Source: Mobula hypostoma (lineage: Eukaryota). Taken from it: 64,000 nucleotides of DNA. The stretch is taken from the NCBI RefSeq assembly GCF_963921235.1, contig NC_086099.1, forward strand, positions 64,232,001 through 64,296,000, given 5' to 3'. Shown here piece after piece: positions 11,835-23,294 of the stretch. The position numbers and the translations under genes were made by a program. Numbering within the stretch: the first letter of the stretch is position 1; each line of letters opens with the position of its first letter. The notes under the pieces were generated by a model. That model was not told the DNA's origin. It searched no databases and was given only the letters and a program-made list of their open reading frames with translations.

Positions 11835-12510
11835 GGGAATTTGCAGGGTGATCTGCAGCAGCGGGCCTCTGTGCCCCACCGCTGGTGGTAGAAACACCAT
11901 TGCTCGTTGGGCTCCTCATTCCCGTCGCCGGGTTTCGTAGGCTCTGCTGCCGGGCCTGGTCTGGTCTGTTGTTGGGCACGCGGCTTGGTGATCTGTGCGA
12001 CGGTGCCCCTCTCTCTTTCCTGGCATTCCACAGCACATCTGCTCGGGCCGCCACCTCCCGGGGGTTTTTGAAATCTGCATCGGACAGCAGCAGGCATATG
12101 TCCTTGGGCATTTGCTCTAGGAACGCCTGCTCAAACATGAGGCAGGGTTTGTGTCCTTCAGCCAGGGCCAGCATCTCGTTCATTAATGCTGACGGCGGCC
12201 TGTCTCCCAAACCATCCAGGTGCATTAAGCGACGTGCTCGTTCGTGCCGTGAGAATCCGAAAGTCCTTATGAGCAGGGCTTTGAATGCTGTGCATTTGTC
12301 GTTCTCCGGGGGCAACTGTATAAACTCCTCAACTTGTGCAGCAGTCTCTTGGTCGAGGGAGCTCAGCACGTAATAGTAGCGAGTGGACTCCGAGGTTATC
12401 TGCCGAATGTGGAATTGTGCTTCTGCTTGTTCGAACCATAATTGGAGTCGCAGCGTCCAGAAGCTTGGCAGTTTTAATGAAACTGCATGAACAGATGCAG
12501 CGTCGGTCAT
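11807..12510 (-). pseudogene. Gypsy gag with CX2HX9CX3C knuckle, one frameshift near 12010
   Basis: MTDAASVHAVSLKLPSFW...WFEQAEAQF N-terminus; CFYHQRWGTEARCCRSPC in ORF 11807-12097. Confidence 0.88.
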
Positions 12511-12534
12511 CTCTGGTCCAAATATCGTTTGGGC

Positions 12535-12548
12535 CGTCGGGGTCACCA
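12535..12548 (-). promoter_or_regulatory. Primer binding site complementary to the tRNA-Trp 3' end
   Basis: TGGTGACCCCGACG, 2 nt from the 5' LTR, complementary to vertebrate tRNA-Trp ...CGTCGGGGTCACCA. Confidence 0.88.
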
Positions 12549-12550
12549 AT

Positions 12551-12841
12551 TGTAGCGGTGTGCTACACACAGAGCTAAAATAACCACACGGAGTCGGTGA
12601 GTTAGAGTTGCGATGAAAGAGATTTATTCAAACTTCGCGGCCTGCTTTAAAGCCTTCCCGTTCCCACCCTCCCTGGGGCGGGACTGCTGTGGGGAATGCA
12701 TATTCCCAGACCCTTTCCGCACGCGGGATTTTCCCCCTGCTGGTGAAGATGGCCTGGCGCCCTTTTTGGGGCCGGCCCTCTGCCTGCGCGCGCCGTTGTG
12801 AGCCGGTTCATGGGTGCCAGAAAGTGGGTCGGGTCGCCATA
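12551..12841 (-). repeat. 5' LTR (291 bp)
   Basis: Direct repeat of 8495-8780; AATAAA on minus strand; terminal CA mutated to TA on plus strand. Confidence 0.95.
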
Positions 12842-14399
12842 ACTTCATCTTAAATGGAATAAAGGAGTATGCATTGCTTCCTATTTAGCCAGTGTCTAGG
12901 TAATGGGCTCAGACCCTAGAGCAGTGCTGCTTACATTGACAAGGTCTGATGGAAAGATGGGTTGAATTCCAGGACTACTAATACGGGCAAGAGAACTTGA
13001 TAAAAAATTGAAAACCAGCTCATTGTCATTTTGGGCATTGTGGTTTAACTCATGGAATTTGATGTTCAAACATACAGGAGATAGGACAACTGTTTGATGT
13101 TATTTTGTCATGTGTCATATTTTAGCAATCATTTGGATATAAATGCGATGGGTTGCATTTTATGAAATGCATCATCTTGAGACAAGGTGAGTGTTTATGG
13201 ATCTAGTACATAGTTGATATTTCAGTATTATTTTTGAGCCAGATTGTCTCCACATAATTCCCTACTTTTCTCCAAGTTAAATTGCTGTAATACCTCCGTC
13301 ATGGCTGTAAGGTTACGTGGGTTTATGATCATCTGGCTCCTTCTCTGAGATCTATTGGCTTCACATAGTCTAGTCCCTTCAGCAATTGTACCATCAACTT
13401 CTAAAAATTAATCCAAAATTCCCATGGAATTTGATCTTTAGCCTCTGAAATGAGATTTTCATACCCAGGAATCATGTCCCTCAGATCAGATCTTCAGCCT
13501 CGTAATCCAATTTTTGGCCCCACTGACCTGACCTTCAGCCTTTTTGCTCTGACTTTTCAGGTCACTCACCCTCTTCCCGTCCAACCAGCTCCATCAACCT
13601 AGTGTTCCAATTTCCATTCCATCTGATTATCAGCACTTTTCATCACGTCTTCAGCCCCAATCAACCTTCAGGGCCCCAATTTATGAGATTTAACATCATG
13701 ATCCTGTCACCAGGCCCCTGCTATCAGATTTCTAAGACTTTGCAGTTAATTTTCAGCCTCTTGTAGCCTGATGTTCCAATTACCCCCCTACCCCTGGGTC
13801 CTTTCTCCTCATCCTTTCAATCTAATCATCAGCCCCTTTGATCTTTGGATCCCCATAATATATCTCCTTATTTTTCATTCGACCTCCCCCCTCCATATCC
13901 ATATCACCCTGGGCCCCTCCAAGTGAATCTTCAATATCACACATCCAAGCTCCCGAGATCGATGCCATCCTTTCTCCCTCCTCTGCATTCCCTTTTGTGG
14001 CCTAGTGTGTTTGCCACGTGGCAACCTCCCAGCTCTGCAATTTGACAAGCTGGAAAAGTAGCGCAAATGTGAAAAGGAGTCCTGCTGTTATATCGAGCAT
14101 TGTCTCTGAACCTTACAGCACTTCCAGGTCTCCTAATACCAACACTCCTTTCAGATATACCTGTAAATATTGAAACCTATTTGTCAGTAAAGACTGAACA
14201 GACTAGGCCTGTTTTCTAGCAGTCTTTAAAATAGTGCACAGATTTGTAAAGAAGATCAAACAGATCCTTCATGTCACATTTACATTCACCACCAGAACAA
14301 CTCATGAGGAACAGGCAAACTGCAAATGTTGAACCGACACAAGCAATATAATGCTTTGAATCACCCCACTGCTATGTAAGATGGCGACCTAACATTTAA

Positions 14400-14640
14400 C
14401 CTTCAACTGGATATGTTTTAAAATCATGGGTTTGAGTTCCACCACAACAGCTCAGGAATTGAAAATCAAGGAATTAAATAAATCTGAAGCAAAAGGCTAG
14501 TCTCTTTATTTGTAAACACAAAACTGCTGGAATATTGTAAAGATTTCCGATCCACCGATGCTCTTCAGGGAGAAGAGTTTGACATTCTTCACCAGTCTGG
14601 CTTTGTCTCCTAACATGATTAACTAGGGACATTAAGGGAT
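14400..14640 (+). mobile_element. Old tRNA-type SINE fragment
   Basis: GGGTTTGAGTTCCACC B-box-like motif; similar to the reverse complement of 54300-54535. Confidence 0.5.
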
Positions 14641-15080
14641 CCACAGATCCACATATTTCAGAGGCCAGCAAAGTTTGTGTAAATGCTGCATGTTCCCCCG
14701 CTTTTATGTCCGGTAAATCTTGTTCGCCAAAGGACGTGTTGCATTTGTTATCTTATGCAGGCAATAATAAAATATCAATAGTCTGAATGTGCTTGGAAAC
14801 AGAATGGGGATCGGGACTGGGAACACTGAATGTCTGGGACATGGTTGGTCTTTGATAAACTGAAACATCGTCGAAATATATGTTGACAATATTACCTGCA
14901 AAGCCTTGAATTCAAAGCAGTGAAGGATCATTTACTTTTCATCTTGAGGTTAATACAATGAATGTCCGTAGCTGAAAAACACTTATCTTTATTAAATTCT
15001 CTTAATTATCTTTAACTTAACAATTGAGAAACCTGCTTATTTCAGAGGCCTATACTTTCATACATGGATGTTATACTGGA

Positions 15081-17067
15081 TCGCAAACAAGAAAGAATCT
15101 GCAGATACTGGAAATCCAAAGCAACACACACAAAATGCTGGAGGAGCTCAGCAGGCCAGGTAGCAACTATGGAAAAAAGTCAACAGTAGATGTTTCAAGC
15201 CAAGACCCTTCATCAGGACTGGAAATGAAGGGGGAAGGAGTCAGAATAAGAAAGTGGGAGAAGAGGAGGAAGAAGTACAAGGTGGCAAGTGGTAGGTAAA
15301 ACTAGGAGAGGGGGAGGGGTGAAGTAGAAAGCTGAGAAGCTGATTGGTGAAAGAGATAAAGGACGGGAGAAGGGGAAATCTGATAGGAGAGGACAGAAGA
15401 CCATGGAAGAAAGGAAGGGTGAGGAACACTAGAGGGAGGTGATGGTCAGGTATGAAGACAAGGTGTGAGAGGGAAACAAGACTAGGAAATGGTGAAGGAG
15501 AGGTTGGTTAGGGGTATTACCGGAAGTTTGAGAAATTGAAGGTGCAGCCATGGGTACTTGCATGGGTCCCAGCTATGCCTGCCTTTTCTTTGGCTATGTG
15601 GAACATTCCATGTTCCAGCCCTAGACCAGCATTGCTTCCCAGATCTTCCTGGTTACATTGACAACTGCATTCGTGCTGCTTCCTGCACCCATGCTGAGCT
15701 CATCAATTTCATCAACTTTGCCTCCAACTTCCACCCTGCCCTCAAACTTACCTGGTTCCTTTTTGACATCTGTCTTACCTTTCTCAATCTTTCCATCTCC
15801 ATCTCTCTGGAGACAGTCTATCTATTGATATCTTTTATAAACCCACTGATTTTCACAACTATCTGGATATTGCATTTCCCACCCTGTCACTTGTAAAAAT
15901 GCTATGTCTTCTTCTCATTTCCTTCGCCTCCGCTGCATCTGCCCTCAGGATGGGCCTTTCCATTCCAGAACAACTGAGATGTCCTCATTCTTCAAAGAAA
16001 GGGGCTTCCCTTACTTCACTTTCAATGCTTCCCTCACCTGCATCCTTTCTATTTTGCGCACATCTGCCCTCACCCCATCCTCCCAACACCCACCAAGGAT
16101 AGGGTCCCTCTTGTACTCAACTACCACCCGACAAGCCTCTGCATCCAGCACTTAATTCTCTGTTACTTCCACCATCTCCAATGAGATCCCACACCAAGCT
16201 CATCTGTCGTTGCTTCCACTTTCCTCTTTCTGCAGGGACCCCTCCCTTCACGACTCCCTTGTCAACTTATCCTTCCCCATTGATCTCCTTCCTGGCACTT
16301 TTCCTTGCAAGCAGAACAATTTCCACACCTGTCCCTACACCTCCTCCTGCACTACCATTCAGGGCCCCAAACAGTCATTCCAGGTGAAGTAACACTTCAC
16401 CTGTGATTCTGCTGGGGTCATCTGTTATATTCAGTGCTCCTGGTATATTGATGAGATCCGATGTAGATTAGGAGACCTCTTTGTCAGGCACCTTCACTCT
16501 GTCTGAAATAAAAATGGAGGTCACCCATTTCAATTCCACTTCCCATTCCCATTCCAAAATGTCAGTCCATGGCCTCTTCTATTGCTGCGATGAGTCCACA
16601 CTCAGGTTGAAGGAGCAACTCCTTATATTCCATCTGGCTAGCCTCCCAACCTGATGGCATGAGCATCAATTTCTTGAAATTCTGGTAATTGCTTTCTTTC
16701 ACCATTCTCCATTTCTCTTTCCCTCTCACACCTTCTTTTCTTACTTGCCCATCACCTCTCTCTGGTGCTCCTGCTCCCTTCCCTTTCCTAGTCTTCAGTC
16801 CTCTCCTATCAGATACCCCCTTCTCAGCCCTTTATCTCTTTTACCAATCGACTTCCCCAGCTATTTACTTCTCCCCTCCCCCTTTCCTGGTTTCACCTAT
16901 CACCTTCCCAGCTCTTTCTACCTCCCCTCCCCCCAACTTCTTACTCTGACTCCTCATCTTTCTTCTCCAGTCTTGATGAAGGTTCTCAGCCCAAAATGTC
17001 AGCTGTTTACTCTTTCCAGAGATGCTGCCAGGCCTGCTGTTCTTCTAGCATTTTGTAAGTATTGCTT
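15081..17067 (+). mobile_element. Penelope-like element (RT plus GIY-YIG remnant) with inverted terminal repeats
   Basis: GAAMGTCMGPSYACLF and YIDNC RT motifs at 15541-15670; GIY-YIG remnant VICYIQCS..YIDE..RLGDLF..H at about 16415-16495; 15081-15540 is the reverse complement of about 16665-17067. Confidence 0.9.
15184..15221 (-). ncRNA. Minimal type I hammerhead ribozyme motif
   Basis: CAGTC-CTGATGA-AGGGTCTTGGCTT-GAAA-C-ATC^TACTG; core boxes intact, stem I 4 of 5 pairs. Confidence 0.7.
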
Positions 17068-17759
17068 AAGTTGGATCAAACACCCCTGTTCTCATTTCTG
17101 TGGGATGGGCATGCTATTGTGTGCAGCTCAGAGAAATGCAGGAATAGCTCAAATGGGTTTCCTGTCTGAAGATGGCATGGACTGCTTCTTAGAAGGTAGA
17201 CAGAAGTCAAATTTCATGTGACAGTAAATTGTTGATGAGGATTGTTGTATTTTATTTCTCCAAAAGCTAGTTGAAAGGAAACCACAGAAGCCTGGGAAAA
17301 TGTGTCTACTTTGTTTTACCTTAGTGAGGTGCTCAAATGTGACACGGTAGCATAATGCCTTTTCTATTCACGTACTTTTACATGTAACCCGTAATGAATT
17401 ATGGGAACACCAAAGAATGCTTAATTAGGATGCTCTTCATGGACCACAGCTCTGCATTCAATGCTAACATCCCCTCAAACCTAATCACAAAGTTCCAGGA
17501 CCTAGGCCTTGATATGTCCCTTGAAGACGCCAGCTGGTAGCGATTGACGACAAAATCTCCTCCAAAATTACCATCAGCACAGATACACCATAAGGCTGTG
17601 TGTTTAGCCCCCTGGTTACTTGCTTTATACCTATGTTTGTGTTTAAGTACAACTCCAATGTCATAAATAAGTTTGCTCATGTCAGTCAATTCAAAGGTGG
17701 CGATGAATTAGCATATGGGAAGGAGATTGATAATCTGGTTGAATGGTGCCATAACAATG

Positions 17760-17997
17760 GGGTAGAGGTAGTATAGAGATTAGTGCAATGCTTTTAAAGC
17801 ACCAATGACCTAGGTTCAATTCCTGCTGCAGTCTGTAAGGCGTTTATACGTTCTCCTCATGATTGCATGGGTTTCCTCTGGATTCTCCGGTTTCCTCCCA
17901 CATTACAAAGATGTAAGGGTTAATAGAGCAAATGGGCTGTGCAGGCTCATTGGGACAGAAATGCCTGTTACTGTGCTGAATCTCTAAGAATAAAAAA
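17760..17997 (+). mobile_element. V-SINE inserted in Rex1
   Basis: GGTTCAATTCC B box; TGCATGGGTTTCCTCTGGATTCTCCGGTTTCCTCCCACA V-domain; A-rich tail. Confidence 0.8.
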
Positions 17998-18770
17998 CTC
18001 ACTTCAAACTCTCACAGAGCTGATTATCGACTACAGGAAGAAGCCAGTCCTCATTAAGAGACTGAAGTTGGAGAGGTTCAGTAACATTAATTTCCTTAGT
18101 TCTATTATATCAGAATACCTGGTTTGGGACCAGTTGTCATTAAGGGGGGCGTTGGTGGCGGACCCAAATGCAAGACACAGACACTGAAGTACAAGGAACA
18201 GGACTAGGTTAGTCAAGAAAGCAAGGGAAGTGGGGAAGAAATGACGCTGGACATTGACACAGGCCCTGGACGAGACAAGGATCCAGGGCCTGGCCTAGGA
18301 CTTGACTAGGATAGCGGAACCAGGACATGGAACTTGGAACTAGGAGCCTGGGCTTGGACTCCGAGCCAGAGACTGGGCAAGGACCCAAAACCTGGGACTT
18401 GACTCAGGCTCAGACTCCAGAACTAGGCGAGGACAAGACATGGCTACAGGACGAGGAGAGGCAACAGGACTGGACGTGAGACTCCTGGACAGGACAAGGG
18501 AACCCCAGCACAGGACGAGGGAACCCCAGCACCAAGCTGGGCAAAGTACTCCTGGGCTGGGCGAGACACATGGACAGGATGAGAACACAAAGCCATGGCT
18601 TGGACAGGACAAGGTTCTTGGCTTGTGGCTAGCACTGGACGAGACCCCAAAGCCTTGACTTGGTCTTGGGAGAGACAGGAACACAGGGACATGGAACACA
18701 GAACAGGGACCCCTCCTTGGGAACAGGACGTAGGGCCGGGAGTCATTACACAGAACACAGAATACGACAA

Positions 18771-18970
18771 GACAGTTCCGAACACAAGGTAGTGGCAAAC
18801 GGTCAGACCTACCTAGTGAAAGTGAGGACACAAAGACAGATCCCAACACTAGGTGACAGCAAACAGCCAGACCTACCTAGTGAAAGCGAGGACACAAAGA
18901 CAGATCCCAACACTAGGTAGCAGCAAATGGCCAGACCTACTTAGCGAAGGCGTGGACACAGAGACAGTTC
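18771..18970 (+). repeat. 64-bp tandem repeat, 3 units
   Basis: GACAG unit starts at 18771, 18835, 18899 and 18963; shared CAGACCTACCTAGTGAAAG core. Confidence 0.9.
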
Positions 18971-19131
18971 AAAACGATAGACAGTTCCTTATCTTGCTCC
19001 GGCAGTTGAACTTGACAGCGGTGCAGGTGAGGCAAGGCAAGGCAAGGCTTCAGACGAGGCAACAGAAGGAAGGGGAAGGGAAGGGATTCAGACAGGGGGT
19101 TTGGACAGGAACAATCCAGCAGCCGGAGGCT

Positions 19132-21129
19132 TCTTCTTCTTCTTTTTTGTTTTATGGCAGTTGGCAACCAGTTTTTCAGTGCGTTACTGCCACCTGCTAG
19201 ACATGTGGTGTTCCAACCAAATATGTCCTGGAGTTCTCTACTTTAGACAATCTAGTTCAGCCTGCAGTTCTCTATTGGCATCACTCTGTAATTGCAATTC
19301 CTCGTGAATGTTTAATGCGCTCATTAGATAATGCCGCAAAGTGTTATTCTTCCCTAATTTTGTCACATGTTTTCATGTAGTTGCATTACCTCAATTACAT
19401 TGATTTCATCTACATCACTTGTAAGACTAAAATCGTCTTGTTAAAGAATAGTAATTATCGCACGTTATACTTTTAAAATCGCTGTTTTTCCAAGTCTATC
19501 TGCTTTTTCAGGTTTTCCTTTTCTTGGATGGTAGCCTGCAATTGTTTACTGAGACTTTGGAGTTCTTCTTCATTTGTCTCCATGTTTTCATTTTATAATC
19601 TGAATGTAGATAATTCACTTTACAACAAATTCCTTTTCCTTTTGTATCCTTGTAATAATTTCCTCTATTTTCCAATCTCTTTTCCAACTCACGTTGTTCT
19701 TGTCAGGTACTTCTATTTGTTGGAGTTCTGTACATTTAGCCTGGGCTTCAACCATAAAATCTGAGGATTTTCCTTAAGTTCTGAAACATATTTCTTAAAT
19801 TCTTGACCACTTGTGATAAATATACTGCCATTAAGATTCCATCTCCCCTGCCTGTGAACTGTTGGATCTTCCATTCAGCGTTACTTTGACTTCTTCCCAC
19901 CTAATCCCTTTAATACCAAGCTACTTTTCTACAGACTTGACTATAATTTAATTTTTTTCAGTTCTTTTGCTTGTTTGCGCTGAACAATTAATTGCATCCA
20001 CTATTAAAAAGTACGAAATCCTTTCTACTCATTAATAGTGTATCCTTATTTTTTATATTACAGCCCTCACAATTCACCAGTTTATTATTCTCTGTATTTG
20101 TTTGCTTGACAGCCTTTTATTCTGCGAATTCTTTCACTGCCTCTGCATAACTGATTCCTTGAGTTACTTTTGCATATTGTATCTCAGCCACCTTCTTGTG
20201 ATAAATGCACCCTCGATAACCTGCACTGTGTTCCTCGTCACAATTGCTGCATTTCAGCCTAGCACCCGCTTCACATTTCCCATATTCATGTATTCCAGCG
20301 CATCTCCCACATCTTTGTTTTCCTCTGCAGACCGCTGCAATGTGCCCGAATTTCTGACATTTATAGCATCTTAAAGGCGGTGGTATATATATTGTAACCG
20401 CATAACACATATACCCTAAGTAAACGTTAGTCGGCAATCTCTCTTCATCAAAGTTAATCATTACCAATAAACATTCACACTTTTTCCCATTTCTTGTAAC
20501 TTTCAAACGTTGGGCCTCAATAATTTTTGCTCCTTTTATGTTCTGTTTAATCTCATCCGTAGTAACTTTTGTTGGTATCTCCGAAATAACTCCTCTAGTC
20601 CACTTTCTATTGTTGGATATTGAGCATTGTACTTCTTTGCTGTCTATTATACTTATTCTTATCACTTTGCCTTGCTGAGCACTATCCCGACAAATCACTA
20701 ATAGCGATCCATTTCGTAAAATCTTTACTCTTTTAATCTCGCCTATAATTTTGTTGAGCATCTTCATCAAACCAATCAGGTTCCAATCACCAAAAGATGC
20801 CCTGTCTTCGCTTAGTTCTATAATTGCTTTAATCTCATCTTCTTTCTATTGCTTTGCTGTCTTGTTTTGATCATCCGCTGACTCCTCAGAGTTTGATATC
20901 CCGTACCTCTGCTTTCTTTTCTTCCTCTTTCCATTCTGTTCCTCTTTCCCACTGACCTCCATCTCGAGTTCACTTCCACTCTCGTCAAAAACTTCCTTCA
21001 ACAGCTTGGCTCTTTCCTTGATGTTCGCTCTCTCTCTGCCATATTTCAGTGAGCTCCACAATCAGCTCCCGCTCTCCTACTCACAACCAGTCACCGCTCG
21101 TCGATAATCTACAACTCCAGCCGAGCCAA
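19132..21129 (-). mobile_element. I/Nimb-like LINE, internally deleted (ORF1 only)
   Basis: TSD AGCCGGAGGCT (19121-19131) / AGCCAGAGGCT (21130-21140); 3' end GCAGGTGGCAGTAACGCAC...ATAAAA(AAG)n; zinc-knuckle ORF1. Confidence 0.82.
19835..21045 (-). pseudogene. LINE ORF1 (gag-like, three CCHC knuckles), disrupted
   Basis: PPPLRCYKCQKFGHIAAVC..CGRCAGIH..C..CSNCDEEH..C in ORF 20117-20770; acidic/basic N-terminus in ORF 20846-21061. Confidence 0.85.
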
Positions 21130-22379
21130 AGCCAGAGGCTGAATCCTGAAGCTATTTTTGAAGCCAACCCAAACGAGAGTCAAGTGCCTCAACAGAAACT
21201 GGGGAAAACCGGAAAACCTGGAATAAGGAACGTGGACCAGACCGTGAACCGGAATGCGGATTTCACGGACCGAACCATGACACCAGCATGTAAGTGGTGT
21301 CACAAAGAAGGCACAACAGTTTTTCTACTATACTAGAAGTTTGTGCAGATTGGACGTTACATAAAGACTTAACAAACTTCTATAGTTGCATGGTGGAGAG
21401 AACCCAGCCTGGTTGTATCACGGCCTGATATGGAAACACCAATACACAGGGATAGAAAATACTACAGAATGCGATGGATACAGCTTAGTCCATCACAAGC
21501 AAAACCCTTCCCACAATTAAGCACATTCAAAAGGACTGCTGCCACAGAAAGGCAGCCGCCATTTTCAAGAAGCCCCACCATCCAGGCCATACACTCTTCT
21601 CGCCACGGCCACTGGATAGGAGGTACTGGAACATTAGGTCCTGCCCCATCAAGTTCAGGGATACTTATTACCCCATAACCATTAGGCTCATGAACAGTAT
21701 AATATTTATACTCATTTGTTACTAGTTGACATTATCTGCATGTGATATTTTTCAAATACAATTGCTGGGACAAAGTATTTAATTTACAGAGATGGTCTGA
21801 AAGCTCTTGGGGACAGAGATCTCAGACACCCAACCCATTAATGCTGTGAGGGCTGGCCTAATATCGCAATTATTGATTGATCAACTAAAGCTGTGACCAT
21901 GTTTGATGTGCTAAGTGACAAAGTTAGTGTGGTCTGTACAGCTCCTTGAACTCGGCCACAATGGTGCAAACAACGTAGGCAATGTTGTCTGGTTTGATGC
22001 GGGCCTCTTAGTATAACTCCATTGTTTTACATTGATTAAACATAGGCCTGCAAGACTTCACTGTTTAACTGTTTACAACATGAAGCTGAGGAAGGAATAT
22101 TGGTTAGAAGTTTAACTTTGTCAAAAACAGCTCTGACTCTTTGGAAAGGTCATGTTGCTGTGCTAGAAAGCTGAGTTGGGCAATAAGCCTCTTGCATCCT
22201 GGCAAGTGAATATCCATCGCAAGTTCAGAGGCATGGAGGATGGTATACCAGGAACAACATCGGGCTAGCCTGAAAATAGGCTAGCAATCTATCTGCAACA
22301 CAGGATTACATGTGTGCCAAGCAGCCTGCACAAATTAATTCTAAATGATCCTACAATCAGCAGATCAAGTCTAAGTTCT

Positions 22380-23060
22380 GTAGTCCTGCTGCATCTAGCT
22401 CTGAATGGTGGTGGACAATTAAACAGTTAACAAAAGGGGGAGATATGAGAAACAAGTCTGTCCTCTACATGGCAAGGCCCACAACGTGATTACTACATTC
22501 CAAGTGGATAATCCACCTTGACAGTCTTCAGAGATGCTTAGCATTACAGAAGCTAGTTTCCAGTCACTTCAGCTCACACCAAGCAATATGTAAGACTGTC
22601 TGTGAGCTCTGTTTAAGCTAGAGTCTGTGGGATTAGACAACAGCTGCAGCACTGAACATCAATGCACCACTTCAGCCATGCCTCTAGCCAAATTGCTCTT
22701 GTACAGCTCCAACATTGGCATCTATCTGACAATGTGCAAGGTTGCCCAGCCACATTCTGTTCATAAAATCAGGACAAATTCAATTTGTCTGATTACTACC
22801 CAATTTCCATACTTTCAATCATCACCAAAGGAAAGGAAGCTGTCATTGACTGAACTTTTAAGTGTTGATCACTCAACAAAAAACAGTTCAGTGAACCAGA
22901 TGGCTATTTTTGATTTAACTAACACAGTCCTCTCCAGATTTTATCATAACCCTGGTAAAATGTGGACCAAAGAGCAGGAGGACATTAAAGAGATAAGAGT
23001 GACTGGACAAAACATCAAGGCAGCATTTGCGTAAATGTGAGGTCATGGAGCTTGGAAGAA
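22380..23060 (+). mobile_element. Old CR1-group LINE RT fragment
   Basis: MPLAKLLLYSSNIGIYLTMCKVAQ..VHK..YYPISILSII remnant. Confidence 0.7.
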
Positions 23061-23294
23061 ATAAAGTCACTTAGTCCCACTTGGTCTCATTGCATCATCC
23101 TCATAACCCACATCACTACTCATCTGCAAACTTGGATATGCCACAATTGGTCCTTTGATCCAAGGTATTGATACAGATAGTTGGGCACTAGAAATGATCC
23201 CCGTAGCATTTCACTCTAGGCTCACAAATGATAAAGTGGATCCACCAGATAGAAAGTTTTGAGGTAATCTGTTTTGGTAGAAATAAAGAATAAA

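Larger units (their letters stand above)
8495..12841 (-). mobile_element. Full-length Gypsy LTR retrotransposon, CsRn1-like clade
   Basis: Two LTRs; TSD ACTT (8491-8494 and 12842-12845); PBS; PPT; domain order gag-PR-RT-RH-IN. Confidence 0.95.
18135..21282. mobile_element. Solo LTR-like element (about 1.15 kb excluding the nested LINE)
   Basis: TGTCAT...ATGACA inverted ends; TSD CCAGT/CCAGC; cleanly splits the Rex1 reading frame. Confidence 0.7.
17400..21695 (+). mobile_element. Rex1/Babar LINE fragment interrupted by a SINE and a solo LTR
   Basis: RMLFMDHSSAFNANIPSNLITKFQDLGL near 17428; ELIIDYRKK near 18018; resumes at 21283 (QHVSGVTKKAQQ) through the C-terminal HPGHTLFS..FRDTYYP region. 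Confidence 0.8.

Noticed and set aside
8557-12373. Many plus-strand ORFs over the Gypsy element
   Set aside because: Antisense shadows of GC-rich gag/pol and LTR sequence; no independent motifs.
13930-14975. Possible minus-strand host exons (AG acceptors near 14161, 14895 and 14971)
   Set aside because: Translations are not recognisable, no consistent exon chain emerges, and part overlaps a decayed SINE. Small exons cannot be excluded without RNA-seq.
18340-18849. 169-aa Ser/Pro/Cys-rich ORF
   Set aside because: Low-complexity product of the repeat-rich solo LTR.
18771-18970. CRISPR-like array
   Set aside because: Whole 64-bp units repeat with no unique spacers; eukaryotic context with no cas genes.
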